47,169 nucleotides of DNA from an uncultured Lachnospiraceae bacterium (GCA_946618155.1 CAMOKZ010000001.1:1-47169); one strand, 5' to 3'; positions 27,703-36,505 are shown, numbered from the stretch's first letter. The notes: a model not told the origin generated them from the sequence alone. Translations and numbers: made by a program.

Positions 27703-28959
27703 TCATTCGGAAAAGCAGGATGCGGCGATTCCGCGAAAGACCGCGCGGTCCACGCTCCGGATCGCCCAGGCAAGTCCGAACTCCCTGCCGGCAAACCCGG
27801 CAAGCTCCTCATCGAGAAATGCGGCAAAATCCTTCTGTTTGTGGTAGGTCGAACCCTCCGCGGTGATCCTTGCTGCCGTCCCTTTCCCTGCGCCGGACCT
27901 GAGCATGGCGGCGGTCAGCGTGACCGCGCACAGGCGCGCGCTGCGCCTGGTCAGCAGGGCAAAGAGGTCCTCCAGGAACCGCCGGGACGAGGCGTCGGGA
28001 AAAGCTGACGCGATCCGCCCGTCTCCCCGGGGCGCGAAGGAAAAGGCGCTGATATCCTTTGCGGTGAGCGGTCCCCCTGCCTTCAGGGCCGTGAGGGATG
28101 CCCCCGGAAGGATGCCTTCCCCGGCCGCGGTCTCCAGGACCACGCCGGCAAGACCGCCCTGATACCCGCCGGACACCATCTTCTCAAAGCGGTCCTGTCC
28201 GGTATCGATGAGGCCGCTGTCGTAGAGGTCATCGATATCCCCGGTGGGAAAGCCGGTGTAGGCGCCGGATTCCACATTGATGAGCTCTCCGGTAGGCTCC
28301 CGGTAGCACAGGTTCGTGCCGGTCCCGTAGATAAAGCCGATCTCCGGTCCGGCACCGGGCCCTTCGCCCGCGGCGCCGCCGAGGGCTGCCGCCACGGTAT
28401 CGTTGGTGACCGTGATCGTCCCGGGGTCCGGCGCGCCAAGCGCTGCAGCCGCTGCCCGGAAGCTGGCGCCCACCTTTTTGCCCAGCATATCGGTGACGCG
28501 GATCTGCTTGCCCCCCGCCACCATCACGGCGTCACGGTCTTTTCCCGGCACCGTGGCCAGGGAAAAGCAGAGGCCCGTCCCGGCCGTGCCCAGGGTATCC
28601 CGGCAGCCACGCACGATCTCGGCAAAAAAGCCCGCCGTGTCCGTCTCCTCCTCCACGCCGGGCGTGAGGTATGCGGTGACCGGGCCGAAGCGGATCTCCC
28701 CCTCCGGCGTGACGGCTGCCCTTGCCGCGCGCACGTTGGTCCCCCCGATGTCGATGACCGTCACGGTCTCCTCCCGCCCGGGCGCCCTGAAGGGGCCGAT
28801 GTAGGCGGGGATCATCTTGACGGAGCCTGATGCGCCGCCCCGGACACTGTCCATCTCCGCGAGCAGCCTGTCCAGTTCCCTTTTCCTGTCAATGTCAGCA
28901 AAGAGCATGCCGTGCCGCGCAAGGAAATCCCGGGCGCGTCTTTCTTCATGCAGGCTCAT
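27703..28959 (-). CDS. hexokinase-family sugar kinase
   Basis: 418 aa. The motif context VIDIGGTNVRAA and the two-lobe length are typical of eukaryotic-type hexokinase family members found in some Clostridia. It starts 2 nt after the upstream permease stop. Confidence 0.7.
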   Translation of the reverse strand: MSLHEERRARDFLARHGMLFADIDRKRELDRLLAEMDSVRGGASGSVKMIPAYIGPFRAPGREETVTVIDIGGTNVRAARAAVTPEGEIRFGPVTAYLTPGVEEETDTAGFFAEIVRGCRDTLGTAGTGLCFSLATVPGKDRDAVMVAGGKQIRVTDMLGKKVGASFRAAAAALGAPDPGTITVTNDTVAAALGGAAGEGPGAGPEIGFIYGTGTNLCYREPTGELINVESGAYTGFPTGDIDDLYDSGLIDTGQDRFEKMVSGGYQGGLAGVVLETAAGEGILPGASLTALKAGGPLTAKDISAFSFAPRGDGRIASAFPDASSRRFLEDLFALLTRRSARLCAVTLTAAMLRSGAGKGTAARITAEGSTYHKQKDFAAFLDEELAGFAGREFGLAWAIRSVDRAVFRGIAASCFSE

Positions 28960-28961
28960 GG

Positions 28962-29867
28962 TTATTCTTTCACGCCTCCCGCGGTCATGCCCATCACAAT
29001 ATATTTCTGGAAGATCACCGTGATCAGGACCGGGATCAGCGAGCCCAGGATGCCGGCGGTGCTGATCATGCCGTAGTCGATGGTAAACTTGCCGTTGAAC
29101 TCCTCGATCGCGATGGTCATCGTCTTCGAATTCAGGCTGGAGGTAAAGATAAGGGCGTAGAAGAACTCATCCCAGCTCATCAGGAAGGCAAGGATCCCGG
29201 TCGCGATGGCGCCCGGCCGCGCGATGGGCAGAAAAATGTGGATGAGGGTCTGGAGCCTCGTCGCCCCGTCCACCTGCGCCGCCTCCTCAAAGGTGCGCGA
29301 GATGGAGCCGAAGAAGTCCTGCATCACCCAGATGATGAAGGGGATGATAAAGGACAGATACAGGATGATCAGCGGTGCCTTCCTGTCCAGCCAGTGCAGC
29401 GAGGTGAAGATCCGGTAGAGGGGGATGATCAGGGCTGCGGGCGGGAGCATGTAGGTGAACAGGATGACCATCATCAGCGGGCCCTTGCCGCGGAAGCGGA
29501 CATGGGCGAAGGCGTAGGCTGCCATCGTGCCCGTCACGAGGCTGAGCAGGGTAACGCAGACCGCGACGATCAGGCTGTTCCCCAGAGCCATCCTGAACAC
29601 GTAGGCCGGGTCGGAGGAGGTCTCGCTGCGGAAGATCTGCGCGTAGCGCTCAAAGGTCAGCGTATCCGGGATGAATTTGAGAGGCTTCGCGGTCAGGTCG
29701 ACCGGCAGCATCACGCTCGAGAGCAGCATCCAGACGACGGGCGCGAGGACGATCACGGCAAGGATGAGGCCGAGGAACATCTCCAGGGCGCGCATCCGCT
29801 TTGCCCGGGCGGACAGCCGCGGCTTGTAGACGGGGCCGGCAGTGGCATTCGATGCGGCGCGCTTCAT
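28962..29867 (-). CDS. carbohydrate ABC transporter permease (MalG-like)
   Basis: 301 aa with six predicted helices and an EAA-loop region (EEAAQVDGATRLQTLIHIFLPIARPG). Confidence 0.88.
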   Translation of the reverse strand: MKRAASNATAGPVYKPRLSARAKRMRALEMFLGLILAVIVLAPVVWMLLSSVMLPVDLTAKPLKFIPDTLTFERYAQIFRSETSSDPAYVFRMALGNSLIVAVCVTLLSLVTGTMAAYAFAHVRFRGKGPLMMVILFTYMLPPAALIIPLYRIFTSLHWLDRKAPLIILYLSFIIPFIIWVMQDFFGSISRTFEEAAQVDGATRLQTLIHIFLPIARPGAIATGILAFLMSWDEFFYALIFTSSLNSKTMTIAIEEFNGKFTIDYGMISTAGILGSLIPVLITVIFQKYIVMGMTAGGVKE

Positions 29868-30748
29868 GCGTTCTCCTCCCTTCTCATCAGACGGATATAC
29901 ACCAGGGTCAGCAGGGCGACGGCCAGCGCGATCAGATAGGCGAGGGTGGCCGCTTCAGAGAAATTCAGGTTCGTGAAGGCCTGCAGATAGGTGTCGTACA
30001 TCAGGGTCTTTGTGCTGTTGGCGGGGCCTCCCCGCGTCATCAGGTAGAAAATATCGAAGGCCTTGAACTTCTCGACCGTGCGCATCACGATGATCACCAT
30101 CATGGTGGGGCGCACCGCGGGAAAGGTGATGGAGAAGAAGCTCTTTAAGGCGCCTGCCCCGTCCACTCTCGCCGCCTCGTAGATGCTCTGGTCGATGCCC
30201 TGGAGCGCCGCGAGGAAGAAGATCACGGCCAGGGGCGTCATCTTCCAGGTATCCGCCAGGATGATGCACCACATGGCGGTCTTCGGGTTCCCCAGCCAGG
30301 ACTGGTAGCTGCTGATCAGGTGCAGTTTTTCCAGGACGGCGTTGATCACCCCGTACTCGCCGTTGAGCATCAGCTTCCACAGGCTGCCGTTGACCACGGT
30401 CGGGATGGCCCAGGGGATAATGATGATGGAGCGCAGGATGGCGACACCGGGGAACTTCTGGTTGAGCAGAACGGCGATCAGCAGGCCCAGGATGGTCTCC
30501 AGGGCCGTCGACGCGATCGTAAAGTGCAGCGTCCTGCCCAGATCCGCCCAGAACTCGGATGAGCGCAGGGTGCGGATATAGAAAGAAAGGCCGGCGAACT
30601 CGCCCTGATGCGAGGACAGGGGATCGATATTCACCAGTGTGTAAATAAAGGTCGTAATGATCGGGATGATGATCACGCCGAAAACGATCAGCATGGCCGG
30701 CGTCAGCAGACCGGCTGCGTAACGCTCCTCTCCTTTTCTCAGACGCAC
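29864..30748 (-). CDS. carbohydrate ABC transporter permease (MalF-like)
   Basis: The track start (30919) would overlap the binding-protein gene. I prefer the GTG at 30748 (VRLRKGEERYAAGLLTPAML...), preceded by AGGAG 7 nt upstream. EAA loop: YEAARVDGAGALKSFFSITFPAVRP. Confidence 0.82.
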   Translation of the reverse strand: MRLRKGEERYAAGLLTPAMLIVFGVIIIPIITTFIYTLVNIDPLSSHQGEFAGLSFYIRTLRSSEFWADLGRTLHFTIASTALETILGLLIAVLLNQKFPGVAILRSIIIIPWAIPTVVNGSLWKLMLNGEYGVINAVLEKLHLISSYQSWLGNPKTAMWCIILADTWKMTPLAVIFFLAALQGIDQSIYEAARVDGAGALKSFFSITFPAVRPTMMVIIVMRTVEKFKAFDIFYLMTRGGPANSTKTLMYDTYLQAFTNLNFSEAATLAYLIALAVALLTLVYIRLMRREENA

Positions 30749-30848
30749 GACAGGGCTCCTTTTTCTTTTGCGGCAAGACCCTGCCCGTAGGGGCAGGGTC
30801 CTGCGATCGTTATCATTGGTTTTTGTCTGTACCGGTTTAAAGAACGGC

Positions 30849-32096
30849 TTACTTGCCGGCCAGCTCCTCGGCCGTCGCCTGAAGTCCGTCGAGGGCTTCC
30901 TGCGCCGTCTTTTCGCCAAGAAGTACCTTCTGGATCTCGGACTGCATGGAGACGGAAAGCTCGTTGTAGTACGGGACCATCGGGCGGTTCACGATGTAAT
31001 CGAACTGGACCTGGGACGCTGCCACGACCTCTTCGCCGGCGGTGGCGATCACGTCTTCGTCCGTGTACAGGCTCTTCCAGATCGGAAGGGCGTTCGCGCA
31101 GTACTTCGCCTGCATCTCTTTGGAAGCCAGGAACAGCATGTACTCCCACGCCTCGTCCGGATGCTGGCTGCCCGCGGTGATCATCAGCGGCATACCGCCG
31201 TTGACCGTAGCGCTCGCTGCCTGGTCGGTGCCCGGGATGGGGGTGATCACGCCCTGCCCCGCAACGGAGGACTGGCTCTCATCGTTCATGGCCGCGTACT
31301 GGTAGGTCCAGTTGATCGCGAACACGGCATTGCCGGCCGCGAAGGTGGACAGCACGTCGTCCTCGATCATCTCAAGGCTCTTCGGGTTGCACAGGCCGTT
31401 GGCGAGGTTCTGCGCCATAAAGTCAAGCGCCGCCACGTTCTCCGGGCTGTTCAGGGTCGGCTGGTTGTTCTCGTCGACAAACGCGCCGCCGAAGGAACCT
31501 GCGATGCAGGTATAATCGCAGATCAGGCACTCCGCCTGGGCGTAGCAGCCCACGATCGGATATTCGCAGATGCCCTGCTCTTTGACCGCCTGGGCGTCGG
31601 CAACCAGCTCGTCCCAGGTCGCCGGGACTTCCTCGATGCCCGCCTGGGCGAGGAGCTCGGTGTTGACGAACATGTACTTCACGTCGTTGAGCCACGGCAT
31701 GCCGTAGTACCTGCCTTCGTACTTCGTCGCATCCAGGGCGCCCTGGTAGATATCATCCAGGTCGAGCGCTTCCACGCGGTCCGTCACATCCAGGACAAGA
31801 CCCGCCTTCGCGAACTGTGCCGGCCAGATGCAGTCGCCGAGAATGACGTCGTACCCGCCGGTCGCGGCCGAAGTAAGGATCTTCGGAGAGAGCTCCTCGT
31901 ACGCGACGAAGGTCGGCTCCACCTTGATGCCGGTGCTCTCCGTGAAGGCCGCCGTCATGGCGTTCACATCGTCCTCGCTGTAGCCCGCCTGCTTCATGAA
32001 CAGGGCGGTCAGCGTAACATCCTCCGCCATCACGGGCGCTGCGCACATTGCTGCAGCCAGAAGGCCGCTGCAGATCATCAGGATACTTTTTTTCAT
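30849..32096 (-). CDS. ABC transporter extracellular sugar-binding protein (family 1)
   Basis: 415 aa with an N-terminal signal peptide (MKKSILMICSGLLAAAMCAAPVMA). It is the first gene of the operon. Confidence 0.85.
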   Translation of the reverse strand: MKKSILMICSGLLAAAMCAAPVMAEDVTLTALFMKQAGYSEDDVNAMTAAFTESTGIKVEPTFVAYEELSPKILTSAATGGYDVILGDCIWPAQFAKAGLVLDVTDRVEALDLDDIYQGALDATKYEGRYYGMPWLNDVKYMFVNTELLAQAGIEEVPATWDELVADAQAVKEQGICEYPIVGCYAQAECLICDYTCIAGSFGGAFVDENNQPTLNSPENVAALDFMAQNLANGLCNPKSLEMIEDDVLSTFAAGNAVFAINWTYQYAAMNDESQSSVAGQGVITPIPGTDQAASATVNGGMPLMITAGSQHPDEAWEYMLFLASKEMQAKYCANALPIWKSLYTDEDVIATAGEEVVAASQVQFDYIVNRPMVPYYNELSVSMQSEIQKVLLGEKTAQEALDGLQATAEELAGK

Positions 32097-32142
32097 AATT
32101 CTCGCCTCCCTACCAAATAATTATGGTGAAAATCGCCAAAAA

Positions 32143-32171
32143 TATTATAATATGAGACGCAAAATTATGCA
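32143..32171 (-). promoter_or_regulatory. near-consensus sigma-A promoter of the sugar ABC operon
   Basis: Minus strand: TTGCAT (32171..32166), a 17-nt spacer, then TATAAT (32148..32143). It lies about 45 nt upstream of the binding-protein ATG. Confidence 0.65.
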
Positions 32172-32178
32172 AGTCTTT

Positions 32179-33108
32179 CTACTGCAGGAAGCCGTGAATG
32201 ATCATGTCTTCGGCTTCTTTTTCCGTCAGGCCCATGGTCATCAGCTTAGTCAGCTGCTCCCCGGCGATCTTGCCGATCGCCGCCTCATGGATGAGGGCCG
32301 CTTCCACATTGGTGGCCGTCAGCTTCGGCGTCGCGACGATCACGCCCTTGTCCATGATGATGGAGTCGCACTCCGCGTGACCGCTGCAGGCCGCGTTTCC
32401 GTCGATGGAGATCTCCACCTCCTGCCGGCTCTCCCCCTTGGCCACGCCGCGGCTGATCATATCGCAGGAGGATCCGTCGCCGTTGAGTTCGACGCTCAGC
32501 ACCGCTTTCGCGGTCTGGGTCCCCTCCGTCAGGATCTTGTCGTGTACGATCAGGGCGCTGCCCGCCGCCGCTTTGGCGCGGGTCACCCGAAGGGTATCGT
32601 TGATGCCGCCGATCTGGGAGGTCTCCAGCTCCATGCGGGAACCCTCCTCCAGTTCGATCACGGTGGTCGGGTTCATCAGGCGCTTTCCTGTCCCGGTCCC
32701 CTCGCCGTAATGCCGCTCAATGTATTTGACCCGGCTGTTCTTCCCCACATAAAAGGTATGGATGCCGTCGTGGCGGGAATCCTCGCCGCCGCAGTTGGAG
32801 ATGCCGCAGCCCGCGACGATGGTCACATCGCAGTCCTCGCCGATGAAAAAGTCATTGTAGACCATCTCCTTCAGGCCGCTCTGGCTGATGATCACTGGGA
32901 TGTGCACGCTCTGGTTCTTCGTGCCCGGCTTGATGATAATGTCGATGCCCGGCTTGTCCTGTTTCGTCACGATATCGATGGAAGCCGTCGTATTGCGCGC
33001 GGCGCTCTGCCCGTTGGCCCGGATATTGTAGGCCCCGACCGGCAGCGCGTCCAGCTCGGCTACTTCCTTCAGCAGGCTCTTCTGAATCGCATCCATCATT
33101 TCCGCCAT
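32179..33108 (-). CDS. SufB/SufD-family Fe-S cluster assembly protein (short form)
   Basis: I prefer the ATG at 33108 (MAEMMDAIQKS...), 1 nt after the sufC stop. The C-terminal signature is EAALIHEAAIGKIAGEQLTKLMTMGLTEKEAEDMIIHGF. Confidence 0.8.
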   Translation of the reverse strand: MAEMMDAIQKSLLKEVAELDALPVGAYNIRANGQSAARNTTASIDIVTKQDKPGIDIIIKPGTKNQSVHIPVIISQSGLKEMVYNDFFIGEDCDVTIVAGCGISNCGGEDSRHDGIHTFYVGKNSRVKYIERHYGEGTGTGKRLMNPTTVIELEEGSRMELETSQIGGINDTLRVTRAKAAAGSALIVHDKILTEGTQTAKAVLSVELNGDGSSCDMISRGVAKGESRQEVEISIDGNAACSGHAECDSIIMDKGVIVATPKLTATNVEAALIHEAAIGKIAGEQLTKLMTMGLTEKEAEDMIIHGFLQ

Positions 33109-33109
33109 C

Positions 33110-33862
33110 TTATCTGTCCTCCTTTTCCTGCGCGCCCTTCTGCAGCTGCGCACAGGCGCCTGCCGTCAGATCAATGGGCAGATGGGCCATGACCTTGCTG
33201 CCCTCGTCGTATTCGGCGATCCGGCCGTCCTTGAGATAAATGATCTTGTCCGCGATATCCAGGATGCGCTCCTGATGCGAAATGATCATGATCGTGCCGG
33301 ACGTCTCCCGGTAAAGGTTTTCAAATACGCGGATCAGGCTCTGGAAGCTCCACAGATCGATGCCCGCCTCCGGCTCGTCGAAGAGGGTCATCTTGGTCCC
33401 CCTTGCCGCCGCCATGGCGATCTCGATGCGCTTCATCTCGCCGCCGGAAAGGGTGTCGTCCAGTTCGCGGCCGATGTAATCCTTCGCGCACAGGCCCACT
33501 TCGCTGAGCACGTCGCAGGCGTGGCGGAAGCTCTCCTGCCCTTTCTTATCCTTGCCGCCGGCAAGCTCAAGCAGGTCGCGGACGCGCAGGCCCTTAAAGC
33601 GGACCGGCTGCTGGAAGGCGAAGCTGATGCCCCGGTTCGCCCTCTCCGTGATGGAAAGGTCCGTGATATCCTCCCCGTCCAGGTAGATTCTCCCCGTGGT
33701 CGGCTTAATGATGCCCATGATCACCTTGAGCAGCGTGGATTTGCCGCTGCCGTTCGGCCCGGTGACGGCGACAAAGCGGTCGTCCACGGTGAGGTTGATG
33801 TCTCTTAAGATCTCTTTGTCTTTCTCATCGGTAATAAACGATATATTTTCCAGTTTCAGCAT
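33110..33862 (-). CDS. sufC: Fe-S cluster assembly ATPase SufC
   Basis: I prefer the ATG at 33862 (MLKLENISF...), with AGGAG 5 nt upstream. It has Walker A GPNGSGKST, the signature LSGGEMKR and Walker B TLFDEPEAG. Confidence 0.88.
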   Translation of the reverse strand: MLKLENISFITDEKDKEILRDINLTVDDRFVAVTGPNGSGKSTLLKVIMGIIKPTTGRIYLDGEDITDLSITERANRGISFAFQQPVRFKGLRVRDLLELAGGKDKKGQESFRHACDVLSEVGLCAKDYIGRELDDTLSGGEMKRIEIAMAAARGTKMTLFDEPEAGIDLWSFQSLIRVFENLYRETSGTIMIISHQERILDIADKIIYLKDGRIAEYDEGSKVMAHLPIDLTAGACAQLQKGAQEKEDR

Positions 33863-33949
33863 GATATCTCCTGTTTCCAAGTTCGCAGACGATTTAACAG
33901 CAAAGGAAATCTTACCATTTTTCCCGCCGTTTGTACAGTCTGATTCCCG

Positions 33950-34465
33950 TCAGGCCTCGGCCCCCGGTCCGGGCGTCTCCTCCTCCGGGGTCTCTCCGGC
34001 TGCGGTCTCTTCCTCCGTTACGGTCGTTTCCGACACGGTCTCTTCCGCCGGTGCCTCACCTGTCGTTGCCGTGCGTTTGCCTTCCTTCCAGGCGGCGTAG
34101 GCTTCCAGCTCCGGTCCGCACAGCTTCAGCGCGCCCACCAGGACGGCGATGTCGTCAAGCCTGCCCAGGATGGGGACATTATCCGCGATCAGGTCTTTTT
34201 TCTTCACAAAATACAACACGGCGCTCACCATGCTGGCGATCACCTTCGGCGATACCTCGGTGTACTCGCGGGTAACGTAGTCCCTGATCATGGAGACCAT
34301 CAGCTTGACGTCCCTGAGGATATCCGCCACGCCGGGAACCTCGTTCACCTTCTCCTCCATCTGTCCGAGCAGATCCTTGATCTTCGAGGGATTCTGCAGC
34401 ATCTCCTGCGCTTCCCCGATGCTTTCATTGATCATCGCTTTTGCCTTGTCCAGTCCGATTTCCAT
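33950..34465 (-). CDS. DUF1232 (YkvA-like) protein with an acidic Thr/Glu-rich tail
   Basis: 171 aa. The core VLYFVKKKDLIADNVPILGRLDDIAVLVGAL matches the DUF1232 pattern (Y-F-x-P-x-D-L-I-P-D...G-x-x-D-D). It starts 64 nt after the RT stop, on the same strand. Confidence 0.7.
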   Translation of the reverse strand: MEIGLDKAKAMINESIGEAQEMLQNPSKIKDLLGQMEEKVNEVPGVADILRDVKLMVSMIRDYVTREYTEVSPKVIASMVSAVLYFVKKKDLIADNVPILGRLDDIAVLVGALKLCGPELEAYAAWKEGKRTATTGEAPAEETVSETTVTEEETAAGETPEEETPGPGAEA

Positions 34466-34529
34466 GGTTTTCCCTCCTTAAATTATGATAGATGGTAAAG
34501 TACAGATAATGATTAAAATGAACATGCTG

Positions 34530-35726
34530 TCATTCTGCTTCCGCATAGTATTCGTGCACCAGGCTCCTGTACCCCAGTGCCCTGATGTCCGCGTATCTGG
34601 CGTCAAACCGCCCCTTTGTCCGCTTCCCGGTCAGCAGATAACGGATGCAGTCCTGGGCGTAATGGTCGATCCGCCGCAGGCTTTCGTCTGTCGTGATCAT
34701 CGGGAAATACCAGCGCGACCAGGTAAGGTCCCTCTCCCCCGCGTTTTCCAGGAGCTTGCGGTTAAACACGCGGATAAAGGCCGTCGCGGCGTGCCTGCCC
34801 TCAAGGCCGTTCCTCTTCCTCCACCGCTCCAGCGCCCTTGTTTTCCTGCGCATCTTGCCCATGATCTTCCGGACGGAAGCGGGGGCGATGTCCACCTCGC
34901 CCTCCCTGTACCGATAGCCGAGGAAAACAAAGCCTTCCTGCGGCGGGGCCAGCACTTCCTTATCCGGGTTGACCTTCAGGCCCTTTCCGGCAAGGTGCGC
35001 CCTGACCTCCCGGGCCAGCTCCTCCGTCTCCCCGCGGGAGGGGGCAAAGAGGATGATGTCGTCGGAATAGCGGGCGTAGGGGATGTCCGTCCCGGCAAAT
35101 TTAAGATCCAGGTCCCGCAGGTAAAGGTTCGCGTAAAAGCAGGCCTGGGGCGTCCCCGCCATGATTCCCTTCTGCTCGGTGATCCGCTCTCCCCCGTCCA
35201 GCACCCGGGGCTCCCGCAGAAGTCCGCCCAGAAAGCCGAGCAGGGCGGGATCATCCGAAAGCGTCCGGGCAAGAAGAGGATAAAACGCATCGATATCGAT
35301 GGAATTGAAATAGTTGCTCACATCCGTTTTGTAGGACCAGAGCGCGCCGATCCCCGGCCTGCCGGACAGGGCGCGGAAGGCCTGCTGGGCACTGTGCCCC
35401 GGCCTGAAGGAGTGCAGGTTTTCCGGAAAAAGATGGTCGTACCGGCGAAGGAGAAGGTAGGTCAGGAGCTTCAGCACCATGGTGTGCGCCCGGGGATAGA
35501 CGTACACCGTCCGCTTCTTCTGGGTGCTCCGCTTGCTGATCGCGGCCTTCCGGGGAAGCGGAAACGGCTCCCCGGCCATGATTCCCGCGCAGACCGGAAG
35601 ATATTCTTCTTTGTCGATAAACGCGCGGAGCTCCTCCAGACGGCCGGACGGGCCGCCCAGGGAAGCCTTGTAGGCGTAATACCTCTCCCACTCTTCCCGG
35701 ACCGAAAGCAGATCAAGCAGAGACAT
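34530..35726 (-). CDS. free-standing reverse transcriptase (group-II-intron-like RT fold with thumb/X-like C-terminus, no intron RNA)
   Basis: 398 aa, with all seven RT blocks: KKRTVYVYP (1), HSFRPGHSAQQAF (2a), YKTDVSNYFNSID (3), GIMAGTPQACFYANLYL (4), YARYSDDIILF (5; YSDD codons at 35061..35072), LKVNPDKE (6) and FVFLGYRY (7). The roughly 100-aa C-terminus is helical and basic (RKIMGKMRRKTRALERW...WSRWYFPM...IDHYAQDCIRYL), like a thumb/maturase-X domain. AGGAG RBS lies 9 nt upstream. Confidence 0.85.
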   Translation of the reverse strand: MSLLDLLSVREEWERYYAYKASLGGPSGRLEELRAFIDKEEYLPVCAGIMAGEPFPLPRKAAISKRSTQKKRTVYVYPRAHTMVLKLLTYLLLRRYDHLFPENLHSFRPGHSAQQAFRALSGRPGIGALWSYKTDVSNYFNSIDIDAFYPLLARTLSDDPALLGFLGGLLREPRVLDGGERITEQKGIMAGTPQACFYANLYLRDLDLKFAGTDIPYARYSDDIILFAPSRGETEELAREVRAHLAGKGLKVNPDKEVLAPPQEGFVFLGYRYREGEVDIAPASVRKIMGKMRRKTRALERWRKRNGLEGRHAATAFIRVFNRKLLENAGERDLTWSRWYFPMITTDESLRRIDHYAQDCIRYLLTGKRTKGRFDARYADIRALGYRSLVHEYYAEAE

Positions 35727-35784
35727 TTACGGGTTCTCCTCTGTCAGTAAAGGGCCGATGCATACCTGCACCGGCCCGGTTGAA

Positions 35785-35829
35785 AAAGCGAAAAGAGAAA
35801 TCTTTAAATCCGGAGAAATTCTCCGGATT
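35785..35829 (-). terminator. terminator-like hairpin between the 145-aa ORF / structured segment and the RT gene
   Basis: Minus strand: AATCCGGAG, loop AATTT, CTCCGGATT (35829..35807). It is followed by the T-rich TAAAGATTTCTCTTTTCGCTTTTTC. It could be a true terminator, an attenuator or the 3' end of an ncRNA. Confidence 0.5.
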
Positions 35830-35996
35830 ACACGGGATCGTACACGGTCCGGCTGCCTGCGAAGCCTTCCGTCATGCAAAGGGGATACTCCCCTCTGCAC
35901 GCGGACCGTGCCGGACCCGCCGCAGGCGCAGCGCGTTCTCTTCCCGGTTTTTCCTGTTTCGGGAACGCAGGGCGTTCCGGGTAAGACAGGTCTTTC
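35830..35996 (-). ncRNA. candidate structured non-coding RNA or 3'UTR immediately upstream of the RT gene
   Basis: There is no credible ORF here. Hairpin 35962..35978 has a 7-bp stem. Hairpin 35876..35898 has a 10-bp stem whose single non-Watson-Crick pair is G-U on the minus strand but A-C on the plus strand. A 9-bp long-range helix joins 35843..35851 and 35902..35910. A crossing 7-bp complementarity joins 35855..35861 and 35921..35927. Confidence 0.35.
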
Positions 35997-36434
35997 TCAG
36001 AACGGAAATTTGTCCGGGGCGCTGTCGATTGCCTTGCGGATCCGTTCTCTCACATAAGAACGGGTATTCCACCAGCCGTGATGGTCATAATAGAAGCGAA
36101 GGTAGGGAATGCCCGCCTTTTCGCAGTTCCTGCGCATCCTCTGCGCTTCCGACGACTCGTTCATCAGCTCGATGATGACCGCTGCTTTGCCGTCCCGGGC
36201 CAGCGCATAGACCACGCCTCTCCCTTTTCTGATCTCGTCGCTCTCCACCTGATATTCCGGGAAATCCTCCCGGAAGATGTGCTCGAAATATTCCCGGTAG
36301 GTCCCGGGATAATTAAACTGGTTTTCCTCCTTCGGCATGTCCGGTCCCCAGGAAACGCCGGAAGGCGTATCCGGCTTGCCTCCTCCGCCGCCTTTGCCGG
36401 AGCCGCCGCCAAAAAGACCCGATAAAAATCCCAT
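35997..36434 (-). CDS. hypothetical 145-aa protein: Gly-rich N-terminus plus a possible endonuclease-fold core (DUF2726/DUF559-like, weak)
   Basis: I prefer the ATG at 36434 (MGFLSGLFGGGSGKGGGGGK...), with AAGGAG 7 nt upstream. The segment AAVIIELMNESSEAQRMRRNCEKAGIPYLRFYY resembles the (I/V)E(L/V)D...H...D...L...GxxxxRF core of Vsr-like endonuclease-fold domains, but the usual acidic and His residues are not all present. Confidence 0.5.
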   Translation of the reverse strand: MGFLSGLFGGGSGKGGGGGKPDTPSGVSWGPDMPKEENQFNYPGTYREYFEHIFREDFPEYQVESDEIRKGRGVVYALARDGKAAVIIELMNESSEAQRMRRNCEKAGIPYLRFYYDHHGWWNTRSYVRERIRKAIDSAPDKFPF

Positions 36435-36505
36435 CACTCTTCTCCTTAAAATCATAACTGTCTGGCTGCTCAGCGAAGACGGATCGCTCCGTCATGCCAA
36501 ATCCC

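Noticed and set aside
29864-30919. N-terminal extensions in the ORF track: the permease from 30919, the GTPase from 11795, apbE from 18027, the FMN protein from 19174, the ATPase from 21433, DUF3048 from 38050 and the TIR protein from 45788.
   Set aside because: The extensions overlap upstream genes or intergenic promoters, are Arg/Pro-rich and lack RBSs. In each case an internal start with a Shine-Dalgarno sequence and a sensible N-terminus (signal peptide or conserved motif) is available.
34466-35996. Mobile group II intron hypothesis for the RT.
   Set aside because: The flanks are far too short (270 nt upstream, 64 nt AT-rich downstream). Neither a GUGYG 5' end nor a domain-V-like hairpin was seen. 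There is no DNA-binding/endonuclease extension, and the neighbouring genes are intact.
34530-35996. Retron hypothesis (msr-msd upstream of the RT).
   Set aside because: The RT lacks the retron-typical NAxxH and VTG signatures and looks group-II/DGR-like in blocks 2a, 4 and 7. I could not identify flanking a1/a2 inverted repeats with a branching G. The hypothesis is kept open only in the generic sense of an RT-associated ncRNA.
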